Shown: piece after piece, positions 9,301 through 18,685 of the stretch
Layout: every line of letters begins with the position of its first letter
Numbering within the stretch: position 1 is the first letter of the stretch
Source: a virus
IMG/VR virus record: IMGVR_UViG_3300036772_000367
Span: 91,227-155,226 of that record
Reading direction: 5' to 3' (one strand)
Length of the DNA stretch: 64,000 nt
Program-made: the position numbers and the translations under genes
The notes under the pieces: model-generated
What the model saw: the letters and a program-made list of their open reading frames with translations, nothing else
What the model was told of the DNA's origin: nothing
Databases searched by the model: none

Positions 9301-11983
9301 TAACCAAGGACAGTCTCTGTCTCTGTCCATTGTGAACAACGCTGCCCAGGTCACCACGGATGGTCAGTACAACTACGTAGACGTGCGGCAACCGTGGGGA
9401 ACCCTGGAGTTCCAGGCCGGCACCATTGGCAACAGCGAGACGTTGCTGAACTTGATCGTCAACCCGATCTTCTTCAGCACCACTACGGGTTGGACGGCCA
9501 CGGACAACCCGACTCTTACACTGGGGCAAAACGCTGGTCTGGATGGACAGACCTCGTATCTTCAGATCACGTCGACCGACGCCACAGTGCACACCACGAT
9601 CGCCCAGACGGCGATGATTCTTAATATCACGCCGAACTTCACTTACCGGTGGGCCGTCGACCTGACTGGTTCCATCCCAGGTAACGTCGTCACGATGTCG
9701 GTGCAGTGGTATAACTCCAGTAATACATTGATCTCCACATCTTCTTCCAACATCACGATTACATCGGGATGGAATCATTTCGATGTATTTCTCACCGCAC
9801 CCACTGGGGCGGTGAAAGCGATCCCTTTGTTGGATTTTGGTGTGATGGCTATCGGCAGTACCGTTAGTTTCACGAATGCCTACTTCCAAGTGGGCTCTAC
9901 CAGTAGCTCGATCGATCTCATTCCTAACTCTTCCTTCGAAGTCAATACCACCGGCTGGGTAGGCATCGGGAGTCCGACCATCACGCGAGTCTCGGGTGGT
10001 AGCCCACAGGGAGGCTCTTTCTCGGCACAGGTGAAATCTACCCAAGCCACGACACCCACCTTCTTCCTCCTATCTACGAATATACCCAGTATTCAGCCTG
10101 GAATTACTTATGATTTCGCAGTTGATGTGAACCCTTCAGGGATCACCGCGATCAGTCTTCAGGTCAACTGGTACGATTCGTCTGGCACTAATTTGTTGTC
10201 CCAGGTAGCTAGTACCTTCAGTGGTCTGGTGACTGGCTGGCAGACCCTGACTGTGCACTTCCTGGCACCTACCAACGCTGCCTACGCATTGGCCATTGTG
10301 GGTGGAGGAGTGATGCCGATTAATTCCACCTTTAATGTGGACAATGTTTTCTTTGGTGTTCCCACGCACAATGCGCTGGTGATATTCGATCCTTTTATGA
10401 TCGACGAGCTGGGTGTGCTTGATGATAATGGAGGAACACCACTACCAGCGGCATACGACACGAATGTCTTGACGTCGAGCAATACATCACGGTTCGTGCA
10501 ACCCAACGACGACATCCGGGTAGATATCCTACCGACTTATCTAGTACCTGGTAACAGGCAGGATATTGCTCATTCGTCCAATCCCGACCCGGTGGTGTGG
10601 CCCTACAGCTTGATGTTCTTTCTCAACGGCACCTGGATGCGCACCGTCTCCCACGACCTAGGGGCGCGATCGCTACGAGAGATCAAGGGGCGCTTGGGCC
10701 AGCGGTTCCTCAGCTGGTCGTGGACACCCTTCAAGTACAGCCAGCTGCTCAGCAATGTGATTATGTACCTGCCCCGACTGGATAAGGGGCAGTGGATCGA
10801 CTCGATCTCTCAAACCACCTTCCAGAGCGTCACCGGCACGACGTGGAAGGCCACCGGGAGCTGGGATCTCGCTACTCCTGCCGAACGGATCTATGCCGAC
10901 AACTACGGGCCGCCGCTGACCGTGGTGACGTCCGGTTCAACCCTGACGACGGACGTGGGTGTCTGGTACGGCGCGATGACCGCATACGTACGCAATATCG
11001 CCACCGGAGTGACTGGTGGCCCCCATGGTGACGTCTTGGTGTTGGATGCGGACAACGGTGTGACGCTGAACTACGCGGGCAACATCATGCGATCGGGCAC
11101 CAGTTACGGCAACCTCATCCCCGGAGGGGTGCCGACCAACGCCATGGTCACCGTGCAGTGGGTTCGGACGTCGGTGGTCACCGCCGCGACGAGGGGCACC
11201 ATCAACGCCACCACCTTCCCGGACATGATTATCGGCAAGGTCAACGGTCAGATCGTGGGCACCTTCGCCTCAGCCCAACTGGCGACCTGGCGTGGGACCA
11301 AGCGCGGAGTCAGCGGGGACATCTACAACCCCGGTGGCGGCTCGCGGCCGACGAACCTGCCCAACTACCTGTTGGATACGTCCTTCCGGTCGTTCCACTG
11401 GGCACCCGATGCCTCTCTGGTGTCCCAGGATCCGACGAAACCCACCTGGAACGACATCACGAACTACAACTCGATCACCTACACCCAGGTCATCCGAGGA
11501 CGCGTCCTGACCTTCCCGGCCCTCCGTGCTCAGGTAGTGCAGTACGGACAGAGCCATGACGTGTGGGATCTGGACAATCTGTCCTTGTTTGTCGATCCCG
11601 TTGTATGGAGCTTCTCCAATGATGGTGGTACGACATTCTTTCCCGCCTACGACATTCGCAATAATCCTTCGGGTGTGTTGTCATTCCCTACCTCCACCGT
11701 GGTGACGTCCCTGGGTCGCACCCCTGGCACCACGCTGACGTGGCGAGCTACTTCCTACGCGCCGGATCGGATCATCTCCAGCATCGTGATCCGGCCTTGG
11801 TATGCCGGGCTGATCTCCGGAGCGACACATCGAGTGGGCGTGGGTACGACCGGGCCGAACCTGTCGGTCAATGATCAAACTCCGCCCTTGAGCCAAGACC
11901 CGGCATTCCAGGTATGGGACTCTCCCGTGCCTCAGAGCTGGTGGTATCAGTTCAAACTGGTCCAGCGCGCCAAGACGTCGTAG
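6320..11983 (+). CDS. Large tail/baseplate protein with carbohydrate-binding modules (candidate receptor-binding protein)
   Basis: 1887 aa, beta-rich. Two CBM4/9-like repeats start NLIVNPIF..TTGW and DLIPNSSFE.NTTGW. Confidence 0.65.
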   Translation: MTTPANTPTGSTVAVPWADTMSLDTLNTSLSVDSTTAVALQQAVDTQRFWATPLRAASDSTYDVMQVTLTSPRLVNQLIFDVAIFPQTITVEYYNDAAAAWQPLLQQGSTSAVSVTQTISTSYPLVLPPITNVTGHVHPQHSFSGHWQTIEFNTQPVTARLFRVLLIRSTNGVAPTDVFGNPVPYSLAIRHFYLGYVVQALTDVPLSSPVNSALTGDGSFASTIDLLGSTVNFTMQTNAAENVLRNQATQSNVVWKCAPQPFPWAVVGFYVDARDVNGNAQVIDRFYLEPLYTGPSVHIYYSNDTVTSAYAGTIEPLIYPEAQTFDPNGVGGDVLHSGSAGTGATAFVKVDNQVLSFDPSRSWWVGARVNDKTGHHTENYDSPLFDCGAFRIFLTPFGMACRTVYGDTLAIDLDPFDPATTLTWMVAYDGVDTLSINAQAGPVTYTGSMPLPVPLSGATVTMLSIGAFLGAVPGVNNFDFQDFVLKTDDVPNAATIQDFLTHPDAYVQVAAFASQTDPRTQNALLRYHPGWVTNDVPSGFIGGEPNQYDELVWSPIARDYTLTKGNFDVPATKAKYWKFEFSSLIPEPYEVYKPITSVVRTFSSTMTGVSSTTNNFPITPQTPQGVQLQATYQVNNALTSGFDRVFTQTGTGAAALGLTPTQARVLVDNNSRVLVGKAYWAWNFLPVHSSPVVTSFVGTTKHVYETINVTQTSKIAYFVGLVSIAAYRLDALATDDTIRYVDNFYDLANIAQDTNWTLVADHQLTSGASQYAVLQSQPLNSTRIVTAVQFAAQQSDPIQYLPDSDFSDPTHVNWAAVGDANLAPGITVDTTVGNTIQISRASVPNNWSIIETGYPAWHNITDLNLSWSRLATSAQNTALEGGITSGAITLPAGGRITAAARVITATDLTSPLVVQIVNDQNNQVVSESQADVTAHQVTEWYTSFTLGDVAVAPWRWSDFVSAPVAQLFVDGFHHPSGRPLPAMDSGQAWSSDLGNQGQSLSLSIVNNAAQVTTDGQYNYVDVRQPWGTLEFQAGTIGNSETLLNLIVNPIFFSTTTGWTATDNPTLTLGQNAGLDGQTSYLQITSTDATVHTTIAQTAMILNITPNFTYRWAVDLTGSIPGNVVTMSVQWYNSSNTLISTSSSNITITSGWNHFDVFLTAPTGAVKAIPLLDFGVMAIGSTVSFTNAYFQVGSTSSSIDLIPNSSFEVNTTGWVGIGSPTITRVSGGSPQGGSFSAQVKSTQATTPTFFLLSTNIPSIQPGITYDFAVDVNPSGITAISLQVNWYDSSGTNLLSQVASTFSGLVTGWQTLTVHFLAPTNAAYALAIVGGGVMPINSTFNVDNVFFGVPTHNALVIFDPFMIDELGVLDDNGGTPLPAAYDTNVLTSSNTSRFVQPNDDIRVDILPTYLVPGNRQDIAHSSNPDPVVWPYSLMFFLNGTWMRTVSHDLGARSLREIKGRLGQRFLSWSWTPFKYSQLLSNVIMYLPRLDKGQWIDSISQTTFQSVTGTTWKATGSWDLATPAERIYADNYGPPLTVVTSGSTLTTDVGVWYGAMTAYVRNIATGVTGGPHGDVLVLDADNGVTLNYAGNIMRSGTSYGNLIPGGVPTNAMVTVQWVRTSVVTAATRGTINATTFPDMIIGKVNGQIVGTFASAQLATWRGTKRGVSGDIYNPGGGSRPTNLPNYLLDTSFRSFHWAPDASLVSQDPTKPTWNDITNYNSITYTQVIRGRVLTFPALRAQVVQYGQSHDVWDLDNLSLFVDPVVWSFSNDGGTTFFPAYDIRNNPSGVLSFPTSTVVTSLGRTPGTTLTWRATSYAPDRIISSIVIRPWYAGLISGATHRVGVGTTGPNLSVNDQTPPLSQDPAFQVWDSPVPQSWWYQFKLVQRAKTS

Positions 11984-12117
11984 CACCCACACAAGGAGGA
12001 AACCTCCGAGCAACTGCACGTTGTGGCCAACCTGAAGGTTGAAGTTGTTTGCCTTCGGGTATCTTGTCCTGTCATACTGCGGATACCATACCGACGAACC
12101 TGGAGAAAGGGGGCCGC

Positions 12118-12435
12118 GTGTCTCTCGACCTTGCGGTCTCCCAGGCGCTGATGCGAGCACGCGCGTTGGAGCGTGCCCTACACGACGCGGGCCCATGGAC
12201 CATCTGCGTAGATTCACCGAAGAATCGTTGCAAGTTGGCCGTTACCGCAACTCGTCATATCACTCATGATGCAGTCACCTTCTCCATTCCTTACCTCCTA
12301 TGTGATGGTGGAGAACGTCAAGTCACACTTGCTTGTCGTGGAGATGAAATTCTCGTACGGGTGATGCGATTGGATGGATACGGCATCATCAACCTGGATT
12401 GGGAACTACGGCTGTCCGACCCTGTCGCGGCATGA
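12118..12435 (+). CDS. Hypothetical protein
   Basis: GTG start after a purine-rich RBS. Stop overlaps the next ATG. Confidence 0.5.
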   Translation: MSLDLAVSQALMRARALERALHDAGPWTICVDSPKNRCKLAVTATRHITHDAVTFSIPYLLCDGGERQVTLACRGDEILVRVMRLDGYGIINLDWELRLSDPVAA

Positions 12436-14078
12436 TTACTGTGGAGGACCGCGCTCGGATCACTCCGGCGCGGTCCTTGCCCAATGGTGAGTTCTTTTAT
12501 TCACCACTAGGACTTTTTGGGTTCCAGGCGGACGGAGTCGCCCAGGCATACCTGGAGACCGAACCAGGTACTGCCGGGGGTGTGGTGGTCGTCTTCGACG
12601 CCGGTTTGGGCAAGACGGTGCTGGGCATCGGTGTGGCGGCCTACCTGTTTGATGATGAGAAGATCGACCTGTGCATCGTCGTGTGTGAGCGCAACAAGAT
12701 CCGAGACTGGCACACCGAATTTGAGAACTTCTCGGCACTGAGTGTCCACACGTATTACGGCCCTGGTCGCCAGAAGCGACTGGAAAAGGTCCTAGCTCAG
12801 GGTGAAGTTCACGTATTGGTGACCACCTACGAGACCGGCCGCAACGAGCTGATGAGTCGCATGACCAACGGTCGGCGAGGCAAGGGCACGAAAATGGACG
12901 GCCCGCTGTTCGAGGCTCTGCAATTGCATACTCGGCGGAGCTTGTGGCTGTTCGACGAGGGTACCCGGCTGGGTGGTCGCGCTACTCAGTTGCATCAGTC
13001 CTACGACTACGCGCTACGAGAACTGCGCAAAGGTCCACATCACCAGCGTGCCCTATCTCTGACGGCTACGCCGTTGGAGCGGGACATGGAAAGCTCTTAC
13101 AACATGGGCCGCATCATCACGCCGACGACGATGCCAACTGTGGCTCGGTTCGAGGCCGACTACACCCGAGGAAAGGACGACTTCGGCCGGTATCAGTTCC
13201 GTCATGATCGCAAGGCTGATTTCGGTGCGATCTTCCGGCAGACCATGATCCGCAAGCGCAAGACCGACCTGGACGTCATTGACCAGTTCCCCGCGCAGGT
13301 CGAGAAGTCCATCAAGGTAGACCTCTCTCCGCACCACCGAGAGCTGTACAGCCTCGTGCGGTCGTTGCTGGATCCGCCCGAAGGGCAGCCCGATGACCGG
13401 ACGCCGGAGCAGTACGCGGCCGACGAACGAGCCTTGTTTCTCGCTCTTCGACTCACCGCCGGTCATCCGGCGGCTCATCTGCGGGCCCAGAATCGTCTCT
13501 CCCGCATCATCGCGGCGGAGATGGGGGAAACACTGCGGGCCATCAGTTCGTCCAAGAGCGACGAGCTGGTGGCCCGGCTTAGGCCGGTCATCAAGGGTCA
13601 AGGTGCGCAGGCGGTGGTGTTCACGTTCTTCGCCAACACGGTACTGCCGGACCTCGCCACCGACCTACGGCACGCTGGGTACACTGTGAGTACTTACTCG
13701 GGTGCTCAGAGTCACGACACCAACCTGGCGGCCGAGGACGAGTTCAAGGCCGGCAAGACCGAGATCTTGTTGACGTCGGACTCCGGCTGCCGTGGGCTGA
13801 ACCTGCCCAACGCCGAGTACGTGGTGGAGTATGAATCGGCCCTCACGCACGCCAAGCGCATCCAGCGGATCAACCGCATCCACCGCATCACCAGCACGAA
13901 GCAACTGGTAACCTGCTACACGATGGTGGCACTGGATACCGTCGAAGAGGGCCTCGTCAACCTTATGCTCCGGCGCAACGAAGATCACGACATCCTGGTC
14001 GGGGACGAGGAAGACGGTACCCAGTTCGTCAGCGCGGCCGAACGCCGCGTGCTGTTGGACATCGCGCGCAAGCGCTAA
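12432..14078 (+). CDS. SNF2-family (SF2) helicase/translocase
   Basis: DAGLGKT (motif I), TTYE, FDEG (II), LTATP (III), GLNL..A and QRINRIHR (V/VI). Confidence 0.88.
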   Translation: MITVEDRARITPARSLPNGEFFYSPLGLFGFQADGVAQAYLETEPGTAGGVVVVFDAGLGKTVLGIGVAAYLFDDEKIDLCIVVCERNKIRDWHTEFENFSALSVHTYYGPGRQKRLEKVLAQGEVHVLVTTYETGRNELMSRMTNGRRGKGTKMDGPLFEALQLHTRRSLWLFDEGTRLGGRATQLHQSYDYALRELRKGPHHQRALSLTATPLERDMESSYNMGRIITPTTMPTVARFEADYTRGKDDFGRYQFRHDRKADFGAIFRQTMIRKRKTDLDVIDQFPAQVEKSIKVDLSPHHRELYSLVRSLLDPPEGQPDDRTPEQYAADERALFLALRLTAGHPAAHLRAQNRLSRIIAAEMGETLRAISSSKSDELVARLRPVIKGQGAQAVVFTFFANTVLPDLATDLRHAGYTVSTYSGAQSHDTNLAAEDEFKAGKTEILLTSDSGCRGLNLPNAEYVVEYESALTHAKRIQRINRIHRITSTKQLVTCYTMVALDTVEEGLVNLMLRRNEDHDILVGDEEDGTQFVSAAERRVLLDIARKR

Positions 14079-14091
14079 CCCGCACCAGAGG

Positions 14092-14397
14092 GTGCAACCA
14101 CATATGAAGATCACTCGCGCCCATCTCGGTCACATCTACAACATCACCGAGCAACGCATTACCAGCTACCACGTAGAGGTCACGCGGACACCGCTGCACG
14201 TCGAGCTGGTGGATCAGTTTCATACACTGGCGCACCGGTTCACTCGACCGTTCCCACCGCTGTTCCGGGTCGTGTGTTGGTTGCTGTGTCAGCACACCGA
14301 CGCAGGCATCGAGTCCTGGGTCTGGCGCAAGACGCAGCGCTGGGATTTCCCCCTCACCGACGAGCAACGAGACGAATTTCGGAGGCAGCTTCAGTGA
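14092..14397 (+). CDS. Hypothetical protein
   Basis: Fills the operon gap. GTGA overlap with the next gene. Confidence 0.5.
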   Translation: MQPHMKITRAHLGHIYNITEQRITSYHVEVTRTPLHVELVDQFHTLAHRFTRPFPPLFRVVCWLLCQHTDAGIESWVWRKTQRWDFPLTDEQRDEFRRQLQ

Positions 14398-14768
14398 CCA
14401 CTAAGCCGTGGGATAGCAGCAAGTACATCACTCCGGAAAACAAAGACCGCATCGAGGAGCACAAGGATCAGATGCGGTCCGAAATCAAGCCCCACCGGGT
14501 AGCTGTGGTGATCTTCACCGAGGTCGAGGCTGTGGACGAGGGAGACGCCGTGTTCATCGCCGAACGTGCGGTCAAGGAAGCTATCCGCATAGCCAGCATC
14601 GGTAATGAGCCTCTCACCAGTATCACTGCGCCTCGACTGGAGTTCACCTCACGAGGTAATAATTTCACTGTGGGTGTGCATTCCGTCAAGGAAATCGGTT
14701 GCGCGGCGCGCATGGGACTTCTTTGGTTGAACCCCACATCATCCGCTTACAAAAAGCATGAGAACTGA
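14394..14768 (+). CDS. Hypothetical protein
   Basis: GTG start coupled to the upstream stop. Confidence 0.55.
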   Translation: MTTKPWDSSKYITPENKDRIEEHKDQMRSEIKPHRVAVVIFTEVEAVDEGDAVFIAERAVKEAIRIASIGNEPLTSITAPRLEFTSRGNNFTVGVHSVKEIGCAARMGLLWLNPTSSAYKKHEN

Positions 14769-14783
14769 TGTTATTGTCCGACT

Positions 14784-15176
14784 TTGACTAACTACGGAGA
14801 CAGTACGTTGATTACTAACTTGAACGAGGAGCTGGCACCTGCGGTGGCAGCGGCCATCGAGCGCTACGCGGGCGGCGAAGACGTCCGCTGGGACACGGCC
14901 TTTACCGCGTTCCCCAACCCTGCTCAGCCGGGTGCCATGGTCGGTGTGGTGCTGGTGTACATCCAGATCAAGGGCGCCGTGCTGGGTACACACCTGACCA
15001 TGACGTCGCTGCTGTCCCCGAACATCGCGGCCGAGGATGTCGACAAGCAGGTCCGCGAGATCATGTCCAGCATCTTCGAGCAGCGCTCCGAGCAGCTCGG
15101 CTCCATGTCAGAGCAGCAGGAGGGGGCTCACGCCAACGGGCAGTCGCCGCCGGTCGGTGGGTTGATCCTGCCATGA
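14784..15176 (+). CDS. Hypothetical protein
   Basis: Strong GC3 codon bias. ATGA overlap downstream. Confidence 0.6.
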   Translation: MTNYGDSTLITNLNEELAPAVAAAIERYAGGEDVRWDTAFTAFPNPAQPGAMVGVVLVYIQIKGAVLGTHLTMTSLLSPNIAAEDVDKQVREIMSSIFEQRSEQLGSMSEQQEGAHANGQSPPVGGLILP

Positions 15177-15379
15177 CGGATCTTTCTTGTTCCGAGATCC
15201 TCTGGGCGGCAGCAGCGAAACTGCGGGATGGTTCGCCGCTCGTGTCTCCCACTGTGGTCGAACCGCTCGCTAAGTGGTTGGAGGACAACGCCGACGACAT
15301 GGACCAGGAGGACCGCGCCGAGCCCGAGACGAGCCAAGAGAGCTATTCCGTGGCTTTCGCCCGCTCCATCCTCCGATGA
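15173..15379 (+). CDS. Hypothetical protein
   Basis: ATGA coupling on both sides. AAAKLR...EPLAKWLE is a common actinophage small-ORF pattern. Confidence 0.55.
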   Translation: MTDLSCSEILWAAAAKLRDGSPLVSPTVVEPLAKWLEDNADDMDQEDRAEPETSQESYSVAFARSILR

Positions 15380-15573
15380 CGACCCCACTGAATCGCCCCG
15401 TACCTGGTCATACTCCGATCAGGTACGGGGCGGGAGACTGGCGGTGTCGTTGTGGCCGGTTACTGGGCGGTGGCCCCTACGGTAATGGCCGACGAGGTGC
15501 CCGTGACGTCATGCACTTCCATCGGATGGATTTGAACTTCGCCGTGCTCGCGATTCTTCGTTCAGCCGCTTGA
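15376..15573 (+). CDS. Small putative zinc-finger protein
   Basis: GH...WRCRCG...H.H pattern. ATGA coupling. Confidence 0.45.
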   Translation: MTTPLNRPVPGHTPIRYGAGDWRCRCGRLLGGGPYGNGRRGARDVMHFHRMDLNFAVLAILRSAA

Positions 15574-15889
15574 GTTCAGCCAGACTCGGGTAGATCCCGA
15601 GTAGCCGACGGTGCAACACGAAGGCCACGATCCGAGTGACCTGATCAAGCCGAGAGTCACCGGGCACACCATCCGTCATCGTCTCGCTGTTCCAGGTGTC
15701 GTCGGTATCCCAGGCAGCACCCAGTGTGCCTGCGACCTCAGCGGCGATGTCACATGCGGCACAATCACGTTCGTGAATATCCTCGATTTTCCAATTGACA
15801 TCGAGGATATTGTGCAGGAACTTGTCGTTCTTGCCGGTCATGGCATCAGCGAGTTTCTGGATCATTCGATCCCAGCTTAGTTCAGTCAT
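15509..15889 (-). CDS. Hypothetical protein
   Basis: Last gene of the minus-strand block. Contains HxxxCxxC. Confidence 0.5.
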   Translation of the reverse strand: MTELSWDRMIQKLADAMTGKNDKFLHNILDVNWKIEDIHERDCAACDIAAEVAGTLGAAWDTDDTWNSETMTDGVPGDSRLDQVTRIVAFVLHRRLLGIYPSLAELKRLNEESRARRSSNPSDGSA

Positions 15890-16175
15890 CGGCTGAGTTG
15901 TCTCGGTAGGGACGTGCATCGACCGGCAGCTCCCGCGTTGTCACCTGACGGACCGGGAAGCCCTGGTTGATGTAGACCCTCAGGTAAGTACTTGATCTGT
16001 CCCAGTAGCCTCGGCTATCGGGCGGATAGCAGTACCAGGTGTGTTGGATGTCAGGATGAGCACGGTCGATTCGAAGGAAGACACCGCCGGGGCGCATACC
16101 ATCCACGAGCCAATAACTGAATTCCGGCGCGTTGGTGTAGTTCTCGGTGACTTCGTCGTGACATTCAGTATCCAT
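15882..16175 (-). CDS. Hypothetical protein
   Basis: Preceded by the recurrent GCACCGGAGG start motif. Confidence 0.55.
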   Translation of the reverse strand: MDTECHDEVTENYTNAPEFSYWLVDGMRPGGVFLRIDRAHPDIQHTWYCYPPDSRGYWDRSSTYLRVYINQGFPVRQVTTRELPVDARPYRDNSADD

Positions 16176-16259
16176 TCGGTGACCTCCGGTGCAGTCGTGG
16201 GCTCGGTGTCGGTGTCCCGAGCCTCGTTGAGGTAACGACCGAGGCTCGGGACATATTCC

Positions 16260-17414
16260 TTACCTCCCGATCGACAGCGCACCGGTCTGTGCACACCGCG
16301 CATGACCTGTGGTGGGAGAGATCGTCTCGCGTACCCACGACACGATGTCCCGGTTGGCGGTAGCCGCACCCTCCTCGGTGGTGAGGTCGTGGCCCGAGCG
16401 CGGCACTACGCCTGCCGTGAAGCAGGCTGCCAGGTAGTTCGGCTTCTCCGCCGTGTACAAAGCCGCACCGCTGGAGCAGTCATCTAGGTTCGTCTCGTTC
16501 GGTGCCGGTGCCTGGGAGTTGTCACAGTAGTGCGCGTCGTGCTGCCCGTCCAAGAGCAACACTGGCACCCGGATGGTGGCCGTCAACGCGTTCAGTGTGG
16601 CCGGGCGGGATGTGATCTCACCCAACGTCAGGGTGTCCTCGGTAGTCCAATCGAACTGCACCATGCCGGGCGAGGCGAAGCCGGGCGTGTAGACAGTCAG
16701 CAGCCTGCCGGCGGCCGTGGTGTTGGTCAGGTAGCCGGGATCCAGTGGACTGAACCGCCGGGGCCACACTGTCGCGGCGGCTGAGAAGGCCGTGTGCGTG
16801 GCGGCCGTGGTCGCGGCACTCACCTTGCTACCCGAGCCGGTGACGACGAGCGCAGCGTAGTCCTGGGGGTAGGTCGCGGCCTGATTCACCAGTTGTGCCG
16901 AACCGAAGCTGTGTCCCACTCCGACCACGCTGGTGTACCGGACCTTCAGCTGGGCGACCACCTGATGCAGTGTCCATCCCTGCTGGGTGAAGGTGTTCAA
17001 GCCGGAGAGCGGGTGGCTGGAGATGCCGTAGCCGAGCCGGTCGATCGCGGTGACCGCGTAGCCGGCAGCCAGCGCGGACCAGACGGTGCTGCGGACGGCA
17101 GGATCGTCTGGCCAGGACCAGTAGCTGCTGTTGTAGGTCCCGCCGTGCAGGAGGAGCAGGTCGGTCCGTGGTGGTAGTCGAAGGGTGGGAATGCATTGGA
17201 ATCCACGCAAATCAGCATGTGTGTTGTCTGTCAAAGTGACCGGAAAAGTCACCTCATGACAAATGCCGATCCAGAACGGCGGAAGGGCGAACATCGGCTC
17301 GCGCGCCATGGAGGATTGCTGTGTCGACGTATCGGCCGAAGCGGCACTGGACAAAAACAGCGAACTGACTACAAGAGCCATTATTACAGTACACACTTTT
17401 TGAAGTAAGCGCAT
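16260..17414 (-). CDS. Secreted alpha/beta-hydrolase
   Basis: Signal peptide (..SAASA-DT), LLLHGG oxyanion motif, GHSFG nucleophile, GQHD Asp and SGHD His. Confidence 0.85.
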   Translation of the reverse strand: MRLLQKVCTVIMALVVSSLFLSSAASADTSTQQSSMAREPMFALPPFWIGICHEVTFPVTLTDNTHADLRGFQCIPTLRLPPRTDLLLLHGGTYNSSYWSWPDDPAVRSTVWSALAAGYAVTAIDRLGYGISSHPLSGLNTFTQQGWTLHQVVAQLKVRYTSVVGVGHSFGSAQLVNQAATYPQDYAALVVTGSGSKVSAATTAATHTAFSAAATVWPRRFSPLDPGYLTNTTAAGRLLTVYTPGFASPGMVQFDWTTEDTLTLGEITSRPATLNALTATIRVPVLLLDGQHDAHYCDNSQAPAPNETNLDDCSSGAALYTAEKPNYLAACFTAGVVPRSGHDLTTEEGAATANRDIVSWVRETISPTTGHARCAQTGALSIGR

Positions 17415-17947
17415 TATTGTGGACCTCCTAGGATTGGGTATAACGCCAGCGGCGTCACGTAACCGGCCCAACGGCCGTCGTTGAACACGTTTTTCACGGT
17501 CTTGGACGCCTCAACCAGTCCTCTGGTGATCCCCTCGTCCACGAGTTCGCTACAGATCATGTGGCCGGTGTTGGCGATGAACTCCCGCAGGCCCGGCGGG
17601 TTGATGCCGAACCTATGCAATGCGATCGCGCCATAGTCCAGCGCCGAGTAGCCGACGCCCTCCAGCGCGCGGCCGTGCTTGGCGATACTGTCCCGGACGG
17701 CCGAGGTCAGGATCTCGTCCGACCAGTGGCTCCAGACGATGTTGGTGCCGTCGTACGTAGACACGGGCACGATCGTGGCGCCGCCCGGCTCTGCCTGAAC
17801 CACTTCGTCATCGCCCACGCACAGAACGGCGTGCTGGTAGTCCCGCCAGCCGTTCTTATTGATGCCCTGGCCGAACCAGATAGCCCGGCCGGGGAAGCCC
17901 TTGATCGCGACCAGGCCGAAGTCGCCCGCCTGTGGTTTCGCGATCAT
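17414..17947 (-). CDS. Permuted papain-like NlpC/P60 (YiiX-type) amidase/peptidase
   Basis: PQAGDFGL...YQHA...QAEPGG...G..Y...MICSELVD, with the His before the Cys as in permuted forms. Confidence 0.75.
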   Translation of the reverse strand: MIAKPQAGDFGLVAIKGFPGRAIWFGQGINKNGWRDYQHAVLCVGDDEVVQAEPGGATIVPVSTYDGTNIVWSHWSDEILTSAVRDSIAKHGRALEGVGYSALDYGAIALHRFGINPPGLREFIANTGHMICSELVDEGITRGLVEASKTVKNVFNDGRWAGYVTPLALYPILGGPQ

Positions 17948-18402
17948 GCCGGCCGCACGATGTTGCGGAAGTCGGTCCGCCGCGCCTCATCGGTCGTCAG
18001 ATCGTGCACGATATAGGGATCCTCGCCATGGCCGTGGTTCGGTGCATAGGGCTTCACTCCGTCGTCCGTGAAGAACTCCATGCACTCATGCTTCTCGACT
18101 TCGAGTAGACGTTCGAACAGCCAGCGCTGCCATGAGGCCCTGTTGTAGGCGGCGGCCGGCACGGGGAACAAATGCCGCACGCGGATCTCTTCGTGCGGTG
18201 GGTAGCTATTCGGGCCTACCACGAGCACCGTCAACGTCAGACCGGAACAACCTTGTCCCCGGTCCTCGTCGGATAGCCACAGTTGCCAGCCGGGCCGGTA
18301 CGCGCATTGTTCCACCAACTCGACTAAGGTGTATGGATATGGCCCCACTTGATCATTTCGTTCGCTCGTTGTCACGCTGCCTCCATCGTCGCTATTAATC
18401 AC
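17944..18402 (-). CDS. Hypothetical protein (paralog of 57346 and 58174)
   Basis: YRPGW...VEKHECMEFF..DG...PNH motif. Confidence 0.65.
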   Translation of the reverse strand: MINSDDGGSVTTSERNDQVGPYPYTLVELVEQCAYRPGWQLWLSDEDRGQGCSGLTLTVLVVGPNSYPPHEEIRVRHLFPVPAAAYNRASWQRWLFERLLEVEKHECMEFFTDDGVKPYAPNHGHGEDPYIVHDLTTDEARRTDFRNIVRPA

Positions 18403-18581
18403 CGCATATCCTCCGGCTTCATCTCTACTTCGTACATGGGTCCGTCCCAGCCGGTCGTGTTGTGAAGCCACGCCGCGAAGGCCGCTGGTGCCTCTTCGGG
18501 CTGGAGGCCGTGCTCATCCATGTAGTGATCGAAGTCGGCGAAATCACCTTCGTGACATCCCTGATCACAATAGCTACTCAC
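18399..18581 (-). CDS. Small hypothetical protein
   Basis: GGAGGAGG RBS before a GTG start. GTGA overlap. Confidence 0.5.
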   Translation of the reverse strand: MSSYCDQGCHEGDFADFDHYMDEHGLQPEEAPAAFAAWLHNTTGWDGPMYEVEMKPEDMR

Positions 18582-18605
18582 GGTATTCCTCCTCCACAAC
18601 GCAGC

Positions 18606-18636
18606 GACCCCCGGAGCATATCCGACTCCGGGGGTC
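18606..18636. terminator. Hairpin at the 3' end of the ncRNA region
   Basis: 11-bp perfect stem GACCCCCGGAG/CTCCGGGGGTC. Confidence 0.6.
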
Positions 18637-18685
18637 TATCTACACGTAATAACCTGCACGGTTAATTGTAGTGCTGCGCATCAGT

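Noticed and set aside
1-12000. Bacterial extracellular contractile injection system
   Set aside because: The baseplate genes are linked to terminase, replication and lysis genes, which indicates a phage.
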